NCBI RefSeq assembly: GCF_001194135.2
Contig: NC_068982.1
Location: 128,462,269 to 128,526,268, forward strand
DNA length: 64,000 nt
DNA from: Octopus bimaculoides
Lineage: Eukaryota
Direction of reading: 5' to 3'
Below, piece by piece: positions 1-13,800 of the stretch (position 1 is the stretch's first letter; each line of letters begins with the position of its first letter). The translations under genes were made by a program, and so were the position numbers. A model generated the notes under the pieces. That model saw only the letters and a list, made by a program, of their open reading frames with translations, was not told the origin of the DNA and did no database searches.

Positions 1-560
1 TGCTGGATCATAGATATAGCATGCCCAGCTGACAACAAGGTATGTGATAAGGAAGCAAGAAAAGTCGATAGATATGACAGGTTAGTTTGGGAGGTTAAGC
101 AGTTGTGGTCGATGAAAAAGGTGGTAGTAGTACCAATAACTGTCGGAGCCCTGGGAACAGTGAGTAAAAATCTTGAGAAGTGCATGGAACAAATAGGGGC
201 TATATCTGCAGACATGAGTGTAGGGATTAAAGAACAGGAGAAAATAGGAAAATACCAGGACTTGGCTAGGGAAATGCAAAGAGTGTGAAAGGTTTCCACA
301 AAAGTAATTCCAGTTGGCATAAGTTCCCTAGGTGCTGTCACTGACAGACTTAATTGTTCCCTTATAAAGTTTTGTGTAACTATGAGAGTTGCATTAGTTC
401 AGAAATCTGCTCTATTGGGAACAGCAAGGATTGTAAGAAAGGTCCTTGATATCTAAGGAAACTGGTTGTGACTCAGTACCAAGGACATTGATTCTGAATG
501 CAAAACATTCGTGCACACCATGAATAATGATTATTCTGGTTTCAAATTTTGGCACAAGGC
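1..560 (+). mobile_element. R4/Dong-type non-LTR retrotransposon 3' end (restriction-like endonuclease C-terminus), two diverged segments fused
   Basis: Frame 1 reads CWIIDIACPADNKVCDKEARKVDRYDRL...VVPITVGALG, then KEQEKIGKYQDLAREMQRV*KVSTKVIPV...LVQKSALLGTARIVRKVLDI* (stop at 454-456). Confidence 0.85.
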
Positions 561-760
561 CAGCAATTTTGAGTGGAGGCAATAAGTCAACACCCTCAGC
601 TTTGGTACTTGAATGGTATTCTATTTTAATTTCTAACATAGACACCAGAACAGAAATTTGAGTATTTAATACAACCCAGTATTTCACTGGTACTTTACTT
701 CAACAATCTCAGAAAAATTATAGGTTAAATTGACCTCAAAGGACTGAGAAACTTAGAATG
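530..760 (+). mobile_element. Short interspersed repeat (family D)
   Basis: ttggcacaaggccagcaatttt...gttgacctc...gaactcagaa module, also at about 10480-10690, 49290-49420, 52055-52570, 58140-58350, 60470-60790 and 63010-63350. Confidence 0.65.
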
Positions 761-1209
761 TACAATCAACTAGCTTTTGAAATGAGTGGAAGGAAGAGAA
801 GATACACTCCAGTGAAGATTGTGTTCAGTAGTGATTGACTGATTTGTGATTGTGCCATTATTGATTAATAGTCTTCACTGTAACCAGACAATCCAGAGGA
901 ATTTCCTTTCCTTGTAGTTTCTCTTTATGATGATAACTGAATATGGTACTTGAGAAATATCTGTAATAATTATTGCCTATAGAATTTGAATTTTACTTCA
1001 AAGAAAGCACAAGTTACTAATAAAGGTCAAAAATATATATTTCACTGATTCCAGAATATATGTTTTTGCCACAAAAAATAGTTATGTTGGTACAGAATAA
1101 GTATACTATTTTTAAATATTATGAAAATTTGAAGCTTTGAAAGAGTCAAAAAAATTTTAAATAATAGTTGGTTATAATAAGTGAACTATTTGACTCTCAT
1201 TCTCCCTAT

Positions 1210-1262
1210 CTCTCTCTTTTGCTTCTCTCTCTTTTGCTTCTCTCTCTTTTGCTTCTCTCTCT
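1210..1262. repeat. 15-bp tandem repeat (tctctcttttgcttc) x3
   Basis: Direct reading; gives SLFCF x3 in the ORF track. Confidence 0.9.
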
Positions 1263-1608
1263 CTCTCTGTTCCTTTCCTTATGTCTCTTTCATCCCATAT
1301 GCATACACATATTCTTTTATTTGTTTAAGTCATAGGCCTGTGGTTATGCTGAGGTTCTGCCTTAAGTTTCGCTTAACAAATTGACCCAATACTTATTTCA
1401 AGCCTGGTACTTATTCAACTAGTTTCTTTTGGTGAACCACTAAGTTATGATAATATAAAAAGATCAACAGCAGTTGTCAAACAGTGGGAGACAAACACAA
1501 AGACTCACACACACACATACATATGCATGTATGTTAATATCTATGTGTGTGTGTGTGTATATACAATCCTGAAAATGTTTTCCATTTGTTGTCTTTTTAT
1601 TTAATCCT

Positions 1609-1964
1609 GAATGTGCCCAGCGTCGCCTTCCTGGCACTTGTGCCGGTGGCACGTGTAAAGACATTCAAGCGAGATCGTTGCCAGTGCCGCTGGACTGGCT
1701 CCTGTGCAGGTGGCACGTAAAATACACCATTTTGAGCGTGGCCATTGCCAGTACCACCTGACTGTCCTTCGTGCCGGTGGCACGTAAAAGCACCCACTAC
1801 ACTCTCGGAGTGGTTGGCATTAGGAAGGGCATCCAGCTGTAGAAACTCTGCCAAATCAGATTGGAGCCTGATGCAGCCATCTGGTTTCACCAGCCCTCAG
1901 TCAAATCGTCCAACCCATGCTAGCATGGAAAGCGGACGTTAAACGATGATGATGATGATGATGA
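1609..1964 (+). mobile_element. RTE-tail repeat (family A) with (GAT)n tail
   Basis: Three internal gtgcNggtggcacgt repeats, core ggttggcattaggaagggcatccagctgtagaaac...ccaacccatgctagcatggaaagcggacgttaaacgatgatg. Recurs many times in the window. Confidence 0.85.
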
Positions 1965-2655
1965 TATATATGTATACACACACACATATATAAATATATA
2001 TATTATACATGTATATGACTGGAATTTGAACTCAGAACATAAAGTATCAAAAGGTGTCAGGAGAAATGCCACTGAGTATTTTGTCTGTTGCAGTAACAAC
2101 TCTGCCAGCTTGTCATCTAAAGGCACTCATTAATAATATTACTTACTCTCTCTTACCTTCGATCATCTCAATTATCATTAGTTGCTTTCCATTTCACCTG
2201 TGAACATCTAGCTACTATCAATGTGTTCTTGTCTTCCCATCATTATTATCTCTCTTCTATTACTCTATCCAATAACTGTCTATCATCAATTTCTCTCTCC
2301 TCTACCAGTTTCTCTTTCCAACCACATTGATTTTTTTTATCACACCCTTTGACTCTCCAACCATCCACCCTGGGATTTCTTTCTCATCTATTTGCATTCT
2401 TAGTTACATAGCATTGAACAAGCAGAGACACCATAGAGTAATAAGTACTCATTAACCTTGTAGGACACAAGGTAACCTCACTAGTGCAATTGTCACAATA
2501 AAAAGCACATTGCACATCATATAAAGTGGGTAGTGAATAGATAATGTAAGGTTGAGAGAATCTTTTAGTTTGAGGACATGACAATCTCTTAAGTGTTGAT
2601 GTGATAAAAAATGTGACAAAATAATACATACATACATAGACAGACAGACAGATAA

Positions 2656-2699
<44 letters not shown>

Positions 2700-4144
2700 A
2701 AAAATATATATAGAAGCTCAGCATTGCAAATAGTGATCACTATGATCATGGTAATGAGGATGATTCTGGAATCTTAGTCTGGATTTTATGCAAGTGCAGC
2801 TGTAGACAATAGCAGTAATGAGGAGCATCTTTTGAACTATATTGTACACACACACACACACACACACACAAATTCCTTTTTAGGTGCTACCTTTACAAGT
2901 AAAACCTAATTGTTCAAGAGTTAAAAGCTGTACAGCTAATGCATAAAATTCCTAGATTCTTTCAATAAATCTATTACTATTTTCTAATGTATTTTCCACT
3001 ACTCATAATTTTCATCATATATTTCATATCACTATTTCCTTCTTAAATTTGTTCAGAATTGAAATTTATATTTAACATTATTTCATTCTTGAGCAAAACT
3101 TTTTTCTCTCAGCATCCAAATTTAATTGCAGTATCATACTACGTCATTAATATGAATATCATATAATTTGGCTAACATTATGAACACAACATATTCTTCT
3201 TATCAGCGTTAGCAATCCTTTTATTTTTTTCCATCCCACTACAAATTCTAGTTCTTATTTTATTTATATCTTCCTAGTCACTTAGTTTTCTGGTATAAAA
3301 CAGTCATTTTTTTACCAATACATAACAAAAACATAAATTCTGTTTTTGTATATTGAAAATAGACATTTTATTGCATATTTTCTAAAGTTCTCCTGAGTAA
3401 TGCATTCACAATTAATTTAAATAAAAGCTATAGCACTTATGATTGATATGCTGCAAGACAACCAGGTATTTCACTATACCAATAAACCAGTTTTATAAAA
3501 TTCCAATATTGTGTGTATCCCAGATTTTACAAAAAGGGGTAGCATTATGAAGGGCATCAACTGTAAAGCATTGCTCCCAAAAGACCTGTCCAACCTCTGC
3601 TGTCGTGGACATATAGATGTAAAAATGATGACGATAAAGCTGAATATAATGATGTCATTGGTTACCATAACAATATTATGTTAACTCTTAACATCTTGCT
3701 TAAAAGTTTTTTGTCAAAATGCCAGTCCTTCATTGATTCTTTTACAGAACAGAAATGACTGAAAGAAGAAGAGATTTGAGTCTTTTCTCTCACATTAAAG
3801 AGATCTTTCTAAATCAATGTAAACAAAGTTAGTACAATTCTTGTGATATCATGTATTTCAGAACTTTCTTTCTGTGTCGTACAGAAAGATATGAGTGAAA
3901 CAAATATAAACTCAAACTATTAAAAAACTTGTGCTACATTTACACCTGTACACACTTTGGAGTAATTAAACATCTACTCATAATTATGTACTGAGAACAT
4001 TCTCAGCCTCTGCTGTGATTAAGACTGTAACAGATCAGTGTCTGATTTAGACAAGGGTCTTGTATTCTCAGTCACAAAAATGTTAGGGAGACAGGAATAG
4101 GCTCTGGCCTAATGAGCCAATAGTTTCAAAAGTGATATTAACTT

Positions 4145-4203
<59 letters not shown>

Positions 4204-4292
4204 GCATGTGTGTTTGTGTGTGTCTAAATGTGTAAATGCAGCCGCCTACCCAATATGTATGCATATATATACATGCACGTATGTGTGTGTGT

Positions 4293-4566
4293 GAAGGCGA
4301 TGGCAAGTGAGCAATATGCTGTACTTGAGAAGACTCGTCAAGCTAAGTGAAATTGTTGTCGTGGCTGTTGCTAGTGTCATGTAATTGAAATCTGTGCTGG
4401 TGGCGTGTACAAAACACCCATTACACTCTGTAAGGTGGTTGGCATTAGGAAGGACATCCAGTCATAGAAACCATGCCAAATCAGATTGGAACCTGGTGCA
4501 GCTCTGTGGCTTACCAGTTCCAGTCTAACTCATGCTAGTATGGAAAGCGGACATTAAATGATGATG

Positions 4567-4567
<1 letters not shown>
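4293..4567 (+). mobile_element. RTE-tail repeat (family A)
   Basis: Same core and tail as 1609-1964. Confidence 0.8.
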
Positions 4568-4606
<39 letters not shown>

Positions 4607-5248
4607 TAGGTATGTAGTTGTGTAAATACATTTAGACATATGTAAATACACATGTATATGTATGTATAAAGTTAATATCTGTCTTTTTCATATCATAGTA
4701 CATTACATTACTATATTATTATATTACAATGCATGTATTAATATTTGGAAACCTTTATTTGGATAGTCACCAAAGTAACAAAGTTGCCTTTATGTGAGCA
4801 TGTTCGACTGCAAATAATTTTGTCATGTTTTCTCTAAGGTGAAATTTGAAATTGCATTTTTAAAATCAACTTCATTTCTTAAAAACTAATAAATAACTAA
4901 AGCTTTAAATTTAATGAATATAAGCTCGTTAAAATAGTTGTACAATTACAAATAATAAATGTTTTAGTATTTCATTTCTTCATTGTTATTGTTGAATTAT
5001 ATATATTCTCTGAAAATTAAAACAACCAGAGGAAAACATCATGAGTCAAAGGTTGTTGATTCATGTAAATCATGTTTGATAACAAGAAGATAGACAATTG
5101 CTTAAGAATTACAGAATGTTACATGTTAGTAAGAACAATTATCATTTGTCATCATTATGTGTAGATGTCTGTTTATTCATGCACTTGGGTATTATGTATG
5201 TATGCATACATATATATAACTCTGTGCATGTGTGTGTATGTGTGTGTG

Positions 5249-5350
<102 letters not shown>

Positions 5351-5437
5351 CACACATATATGATTATTTATATATATATATGTATTTATATATGTATAAA
5401 TATATACATATTCATACATGCATAAATACATACATAC

Positions 5438-6730
5438 ATGGAAAATCAGTACCCCAGACTCAAAGTCTGTGCATCAATGATCTCACTAATTCCCCTGTTC
5501 CATACAAAGAATGCTACAAGTACCTACACATTGATGAAAACATATCATATAAAGACACTGTGACCCAAGAATATTATGCCAGACTTAGAAAAATATGCCA
5601 GTCAGAACTCTCCTCTTACAGCATGACAATATCCTACAATGAATTTGCAGTACCAGTGCTAATTCCAACATTTGGGATACTCAACCAGTCTGTAGAGGAA
5701 ATCCTCTCCATAGACGTTAAAACCCATAAGATAATGACATCAACTGGAAGCCTCTACAGAAACAGTGATATTGATAGATTCTGCCTAAGAAGAAATGAAG
5801 AAGGTAGAAGCTTGAGATCAGTGCAGACAGCTTTTGAATGTCATACAGTCTCTCTCAGACAGCACTTGCTAAATAACAGCAGCCAAAATAAATGCATCAA
5901 CTTAGTGCTTGTTGATGACCTTTCATACAACCCCAAAACAGCAGGGCTAAGACACCTCAAAGACCTGGATGTGAAATACTCAGCATGCCAAAAAAGACTG
6001 TACATGAGTATGTTCGAAGACTCAAAGAAGACAGTAGCTTCAACATGATGCATGGCCTCTCCAAGACTCATACCATTACATCACATTACACTTTGAAGGC
6101 TATACATTTGCATTCCAAGAATAGGATTATGAAATATCTAATAAACAAAAGAGACAGTAAAGCTCTTGGAGCTCTAAGGTGATTATTTTTGTGGAAGATA
6201 TCACATATGTGATTAGCAGCTGTCCAAAAATGTCATCAAGGTTTTTGTGACATTGTCACAAAACAATATACAATGCCATTCAGAAAAAAGACTATTCTGG
6301 AATAAATATAGAGAATCCCCATTATTGATTACACACACAAACATCAACACAAGGAATTCTGGTGGAACATTCCCATCAAAACATCTGACAAGTTTAAACA
6401 TCATAACAGGCTGGATATTGTTGTTTGGGACAGACAAGAAAAAATATGTACCATCATAGAAGTTGCTGATATGAATATCTCTTTGAAAATCAAAAAGAAA
6501 GAGGTTAACTATGGATAACTGCTTTAAAACCTCCAGCTTCTATATCCAGATTATAAATTCACATTTATACCAATGATAATTGGGGCATTTGGTTTTATGA
6601 GAAAAGCAACAATCTGTATAAACTAGTTTTCAGAAAAAGAAAGCAACCAACTAACTTGCACATTACAAATACAATCTGTAAGTGGAACAGTAAAAATTAT
6701 GCAAGACTTTTCTCAAGTTTATAACGTGAC
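5438..6730 (+). mobile_element. 5'-truncated, decayed R4/Dong-type LINE (post-RT region, zinc-knuckle remnant, RLE)
   Basis: [70 protein letters not shown]...NRLDIVVWDRQEKICTIIEV, FIPMIIGAFG. Contains stops and frameshifts. Confidence 0.88.
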
Positions 6731-7386
6731 ATTCTTTTTGTTATCTATATTTCAACGATGGAGCTTTGTATCTTTGTTAGAAGTCAGCTCCTTCTTCAGA
6801 GGAAGAGTTTAAATAATTAAAGACAGAAGAGAACAAATAATATACAAACATACATACATACATACAAAAAAATCCCTGCTAATGTTGTTTAAATTGCAAT
6901 GAAGGAGCCTTGGATCTAGGTTAGATCTATAGGCAAGAAATCTTGAAATAAAACTGAATAATGACATACATACATACATACATACATACATACACACACA
7001 GTACACATTTTAACTCAATTGATTAAATTTTTAATGTAAATTATTACGTAAAAATAACTTGTTTTAGCTGATTTGGTATATAGTTATATAACAACTTTTA
7101 TATTTCTTAAAAATACATGCTTTTTTAGTGTTTTATGAGTGAATTTTTTCATCCTGTTCAAAAGATATTTCATATTATCTATATATATCACTATGTATCA
7201 CTATTGGGATTATTTAGCAATCATATTCATTCGTTATGTATTGCTGTATAGAATATTTTGTTGCATATATTATTATCAATGTGACAATAACTAATTATCA
7301 ATAACGTGTAATTATTGATTTTTATACATAATTCATACATAGATTTTCTTTGCTTTTAATGTATATGTGTGCGTGTGTATGTGTAT

Positions 7387-7424
<38 letters not shown>

Positions 7425-8063
7425 CTATATCTTTTGCAATAACAATTTCATAGACTAATTATTTTTTGTTCTGTTTGATATTCTGTTTTTGTAAATTTTT
7501 TTTTTATTTGTTGCTATTTTTGTATCACCCTTCTTGCCCTATTGGCTATGAAGAAAGAATTCTGCAATTTTTTTTTATCATTTTAAAAAAAATTTGTCTT
7601 TTGAGATTTTTATGTAGCATATTGTCAAATGATATATTTCTTGACATCATTTCTCTTACTATTTTTTTGTATCCAAATATCTATGTTTACCTTGACAATA
7701 ATTTATTTTTATCTAGTCACTTTAGAGAAATATATGCTTCAAGCATGATACACGAATTTGTGTGTGTGTGTATATATATATGTGTGTGTGTATACATATA
7801 TGTGTGTGTGTATACATATATATACAAAATATCTTTGTTAATATACTTGTTATTCAAATAGTCATGCTTTTTTTATGTATGTTTTTGGGGTAGTTATGAA
7901 TCCAACTTCTTTCTATAATTTTATATAGTTTAAGAAAGCAATATGTATGTGACATTTTAGGATAAATTTATATTTCATCTTCTTGTTTAATGTTTGTTGT
8001 AGCCTCATCAGTATCTTAGTTTATTTTTCTTTGCGGCTTTATTGTCTTTTGTTATTTTCATGA

Positions 8064-8262
8064 TGCCATTCCTAACACCAGCCACTCTCGGAGTGGTTAG
8101 GGTTAGGAAAGGCTCCAGCTGTAGAAACCTTGCCAGGTTATATTGGAGCCTGGTGCAGCCTGGTGCAGCCTGGTGCAGCCTTCTGGCTTGCCAGTCCTCA
8201 GTCAAACCGTCCAACCCATGTCAGCATGGAAAGCAGACATTGAACGATGATGACGATGATGA
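8064..8262 (+). mobile_element. RTE-tail repeat (family A) with an internal triplication of tggtgcagcc
   Basis: Family core, with the 10-mer present three times at 8151-8180. Confidence 0.85.
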
Positions 8263-8409
8263 TTTTTCACTCCAGCTTTTTAATATAAAACTGCATCTTT
8301 GTAGTGAGCCTTGTCTATAGAAGTTATAACAAAATAATAATGTCTTCACTTCACATGTGTGAATTTCTGTGTATATGTACACACACATACACAAACACAT
8401 TATGAGTAA

Positions 8410-8445
<36 letters not shown>

Positions 8446-8559
8446 TCATACATATATGGAACAAAGGAGAAAAGACAAATAAATGTAGAAGTCTGTTGAA
8501 AATCTCAGGAGCCATCATACATTTTTCAGTTCAGAAGTCAATAAGATAATGTGTTGTAC

Positions 8560-8900
8560 ATTAATGACACATAAGAGTGATCATAAAACATATTTGGAAT
8601 TGGAGGAAACTTTGAGAAATTAATGTAAGTGTAGTACTGCTATGTGGTGTCTACCTTTTTTCACCTTCTACAGCTGCTATAAATGGCTGTTATTAAAGAA
8701 GTTCAAACTTTAATAAAAAGAGCTTGATTGAAAGGGTCTAAAGATGAACACAGGAAATACTAAGGTACATGTTAATTATCAAGAACCACATCTCTGAAAA
8801 GCATCATTTAAGTTTACCTTAGAGTGCAGGAAGAGAATATGTAAAAAGGAGATGTTTCATAAGTGTGATTATACGACAACTATATTAATCTCTGGTAAAT
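8560..8900 (+). mobile_element. Highly decayed RTE LINE fragment (end of RT)
   Basis: GLKMNTGNTKV matches the GLkvNxxKTKv motif, with a downstream HKC remnant. Confidence 0.45.
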
Positions 8901-9823
8901 TTACTTAAAAATATGATTTTATGGACACTAGATGCACTGGATAACTAAAAATCATGAATAATTATAAAAAGAAGACCGTAAACTATTCAGTTGACCTCCC
9001 CAAAGATGGAGATATGTGCTATTACTCCAGGATTATACAAAGGTAGAATTAGGTGATATCATAGAGGCCAGAGCAAAATAAAAATAAACAAATAATAAAT
9101 AAATAAAAGGGTAAGAAAAAGGCATTTCTATTATTCAATATAAAAATCAAAGTAAAAGTGTAAATAGCTACAAGAAGCAAGGTATTATTTTACAAGACCT
9201 CTTAGAAAATAAAGTGATGAATCAAAACTGCAGAAAAGAACTTCTTGCTGGGAACTGAAAAAATATTCATTTACAGTCCTGTAGAAAACACAATATATAA
9301 AGAAAAGACTACACTTTCTTGAGAAAAGATATCAAAACTATTTCATCTCAAATAAAAACATTTCAAAAAAATAGTTGTAAAATTTTTTGTTGTAGGTATT
9401 CATTGTTAATACTTACTAATCTAATTTGAAAGAGTTTGTAAAAGTTTTGGGTTTACCTCAATTCCTATTGATGTATTTGATATGCTTTTATATTAACAAA
9501 TTCTATTTTTTCTCTTTCTTTTTTTCAGTTAAGTTTTTTTTTAAAGAGAAATAATGTTATATCATACAAAGGGGGTTTGCCACTCACAAAATGCTGCATA
9601 CATGACTTACAATAATTAGAATACAAAACATTTTTTTATTAGCAACAAAAACACTGCATGATGATGATAATTCTGAAACATTTACAATTAAGACACATTT
9701 AAATAATTTACAATTTCAAAAAAAATATTGCTTCAATCAAAATACAATATATTTCGAAAAATAATGTTGAAAATGTATTCATGTGTTTCATGCAAAACTA
9801 GTTTGAGCAGTTATTATTAAAAC

Positions 9824-9879
<56 letters not shown>

Positions 9880-10068
9880 ACATGTGTGTGCNNNNNNNNN
9901 NNNNNNNNNNNNNNNNNNNNNNNNNNNNNNNNNNNNNNNNNNNNNNNNNNNNNNNNNNNNNNNNNNNNNNNNNNNNNNNNNNNNNNNNNNNNNNNNNNNN
10001 NNNNNNNNNNNNNNNNNNNNNNNNNNNNNNNNNNNNNNNNNNNNNNNNNNNNNNNNNNNNNNNNNNNN

Positions 10069-10128
<60 letters not shown>

Positions 10129-11139
10129 ACATGTGTGTGCATGTGTATATGTATGTGCATGTGTTGGACAATCATTCTGAATAATGTCAAAGTCCTGAAA
10201 GTTGGAGTAAAATTACTAAAATACAAATGATTGATGAGAGTGACAAACATGTGAAGTATAAATTCATGATATGAGTTGCAGTTATTATATTTATCCAGCT
10301 TTGACTCATAAAAATATAAGATATGTCAGATTTTTCTGATATAGAATATGATTGATGATAGGATATATGAAATAAAATTTGAATTAAATTATCTAAGATT
10401 GATGTCGTAACTATGATAAGTTCTGGCTAAGCACTAAAATAAGCATTTTCTTAATACTTATAGCTGGAAATAGCTCTTTCTAATTTTGGCACAAAGCCAG
10501 TAATTTTGTGTGGAAGGGGAAGCTGATTACATCAACTTCATTGTTAAACTGGTACTTATTCTATCGACCCCAGAAAGACAGAAGGCAAAGTCAACGTTGA
10601 TGGTATTTAGACTCAGATCATAAAGAACCACAAGAAATGCTATTAAACATTTTATCAAGCACAGACATGATTCTACCAACTTGCCATTGAATATAACTAA
10701 ATTTAATATTAATTCTTTAATTTCAAAATTCTTTTTTTTTTTAGTTTGTTATTTTTCAGAACTGATATATTGGTAAGAAAAAGAAAATAAAAACCCCTAT
10801 AATTGTTATTTTCATCATCATAACTATTAAATATGAAATATTGAATTAGTCTAATTTAGAAACAGTAATAGTTCTACAACTATTACAACAACAATTAGTT
10901 TATTGTATTTCATATAATGCTTCACACTTCTGAGTTCGCATTTTCTGACACTGATGAAACCAATGCTTGTAATACAAAAGGATTAGTTCATTCATATATA
11001 TATGTATGCGTGTGTGTGTGTGTGTGTGTACATATATATANNNNNNNNNNNNNNNNNNNNNNNNNNNNNNNNNNNNNNNNNNNNNNNNNNNNNNNNNNNN
11101 NNNNNNNNNNNNNNNNNNNNNNNNNNNNNNNNNNNNNNN

Positions 11140-11170
<31 letters not shown>

Positions 11171-11529
11171 TATATATATATTATATTTATGTATATATAT
11201 ATCCTATCGAAATATAAGCTGGTGTCAAAGAACCTTCTGAGGAGTTTCTAAGATAATTCAACCTGCTAGAAAAAGCAACCAAATTCCCTTCAAATAACAC
11301 TTTACTATCATAAAAAAGAATGGATACATTGAATAGGATGTATATTATATTTGAAAAAAGAAAACCCAGATGATCACAAGTGAAAGATCTTTGATTACTT
11401 TAATTATAGGTCTACTAAATAATAATAAGTGTAATGTGAGTGTAATCAACTTGTGAATTGCACAGTCTTTGTAATGATTACATGAAATTTTAATTTGAAA
11501 TAATTTATCATAAAGTATACAACTATCAT

Positions 11530-11895
11530 GACTGCGTGGTTTAGAATTTTGTTTCCCAACGATGTAGTTTTGGGATCAGTCCTATTGTGTAACACCTTAG
11601 GCTAGGGTCTGCTACAGCTCCAGGTTGACCAATGCTTTTGAGTGAATTTGGAGAAGGAAACTGTGTGGAAACCCATTGTATATCGGTGCGTGTGTGAATG
11701 TATACATATATTTGTGTTTGTCTCTCATTCCTTGTCAAACAGTGTTAATTTGTTTACACTCCTGTAACTTAGTGGTTTGAGAGAAGAGACTGGTAGAATA
11801 AGTACTAAACTTAAAATAAGTATTGGGGTTGATTTGATCAACTAGATCCATCAAAGTGGTGCTCCAGGATGGCTGCAGTCCAGTGAGCGAAACAA
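11530..11895 (+). mobile_element. tRNA-headed SINE (family B)
   Basis: Decayed A/B-box head, gagtgaatttggagaaggaaactgtgtggaaacccattg core, microsatellite insert, and the 3' module aataagtactaaac...ggtgctccaggatggctgcagtc. Confidence 0.7.
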
Positions 11896-12878
11896 GTCAA
11901 AAAATAAATGGAGCTCATAAAAAGAAATGTTTAAAAAAATTATTAGATTTGAGACATTAACTATAAAAATCCAAAATATTTAATTTTCTAATAGATTGAT
12001 GAAAATATTTATGTAGTAGCTATTTTGAGATACAGTATATGTAGTTACATTTATATTCCAATGAAGAAACAAGTTGCTTGTTCTTTATTCATTGATGTAA
12101 AATTCTTCAAAAAATGACGTCAAACAGCATTAGTCAAGAATTAAATTTACTTAAGGATGTCCTACATTTTTAGTGGTTTGGAAACAATATATTTCACCAA
12201 GAATACAATAATAAATAAAATGGTAAAGCAGTGAGTTGAGCTTCTTTTTGTGATCTATACTAGGTGTCATATATTCACAAAATCTAAGATAAATTTATTG
12301 AATGAACTCAACTAGTAAGATATTTCACTACGTTATTTGGAGTCCAATTCCATCTTGGGCGGTCTAGAAAATTAAAAATGTTGTTTTAAGTAATATACAT
12401 GCTGACTTTTAAAAATTTTGATTTTTATGTCAACTTAGCTACTCAAAAGAACATACATGCTGACTTTGAGAATTTTGATTCCTATATCAAGTTTGTAAAT
12501 TTGATAAAATTACAATCCTGGTAAAATAACAAATTGGAAGTCTAACATGTACTAAGAAAATATTTGTTATAGAAATATATTCATGTTATTTGGGATTTTT
12601 GTTTGAAATCTCAGCTAAGAAGTCAATAATATTTCTCACCACAGATTATACTAACCAACTGTCATGATTTTTTACTTCCTTTTACTACAACAGAATTTAT
12701 ATTATTCATATAGTTACTTTAGTCTACCTTGCTGTCTATATAACACACCATTGCATTATATGAATAAATAACAACACTACTTTCAACAAACATGTAATTA
12801 AGTCTTTGGAAATAAGAAACACCTAGACTCTCTCACACACACGTACACTTTTGTATATACACACATACAGATATAAGC

Positions 12879-12948
<70 letters not shown>

Positions 12949-13369
12949 CTTATTCAATGAAGTATTCAGAGAAAAGGTGTAACACTAAAAAGTGTTTATA
13001 TGATATGCAAAGCCATTAAGAGTCTAAAATGTGTCAAAGTGTTAAATATTTACAACAAAGAGTTAGAAAGAAAACTATACAATGAATCTTGATGAAATAC
13101 TTGAATAACAGAGCTTGTTATAGATGTAGATAAAAGAAGCTTTATGTTTCTAACAGAATACCTCAAGTTGAATCATGAGAAACTGCTCCAGCAGGAATTT
13201 AACCTGTCAGAAATCCCTTCTGATATTTAAAAAAATAAAAGTATTCAATTTTTATTTTAATTGTTGTTGTTTTTTTATTGTTGTTGTTGCTGTTGCTTGA
13301 AAATTTGTGTTAAATATGTGACATTTTGAGATAAAACCAGATTTTGAGCATACTACACAAGCCAGTGTC

Positions 13370-13800
13370 TCATTTTGTCAACAAGTTTGTGTACCTGGGC
13401 TTTATCATTGATCAAAAAGCCAACTGCACCTAGGAAACCAGGGGCAGACTTGATACTGGAAGATCAGCCCTGAGGTTACTCAATACAACATGAAGAGACT
13501 GCACCTTCAGCAAAAGTATCAAGCTGAAACTTCTAAAACCTCAGAACCAGCTAATAGCATTATGTGAGTGCAAAACATTGTCCATAAGTGTGGCTGACAC
13601 CAAAGAGACTGAGGATGTTCTTGATGTTGTTCTACAGGTGCGTGTTGTAGATCAGTTGGGCAGCCCATAGAAATTCAGCCATGGAAGAGATGAGAATGGA
13701 ATGAAAGATGGTGATGGTGATCAGACTTTGAAAGTGCAATATTTGGGTCATGTTATAAGAACCCAGGACTTATGTGCTCACACCCTCAAGAGTTGGTTGC
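13370..13800 (+). mobile_element. Decayed RTE/BovB-like LINE fragment
   Basis: VNKFVYLGFIIDQKANCT*ETRGRL...SIKLKLLK and QYLGHVIR, matching the FxYLG and GHVxR motifs. Confidence 0.75.

Noticed and set aside
1609-1800. Regularly spaced gtgcNggtggcacgt repeats with variable spacers, superficially CRISPR-like
   Set aside because: Only three units, inside a multi-copy retroelement 3' UTR in a eukaryotic context, with no cas genes.
8674-8764. Strong acceptor and donor pair on plus (ccttctacag|...AAG|gtacat)
   Set aside because: All three frames contain stops, and the sequence is explained as an RTE remnant (GLKMNTGNTKV).
9825-10140. Identical gtgtgcgagtacatgtgtgtgc motif on both sides of a gap, an apparent tandem duplication
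   Set aside because: Most likely unmerged overlapping contig ends at a (GT)n tract; cannot be distinguished without reads.
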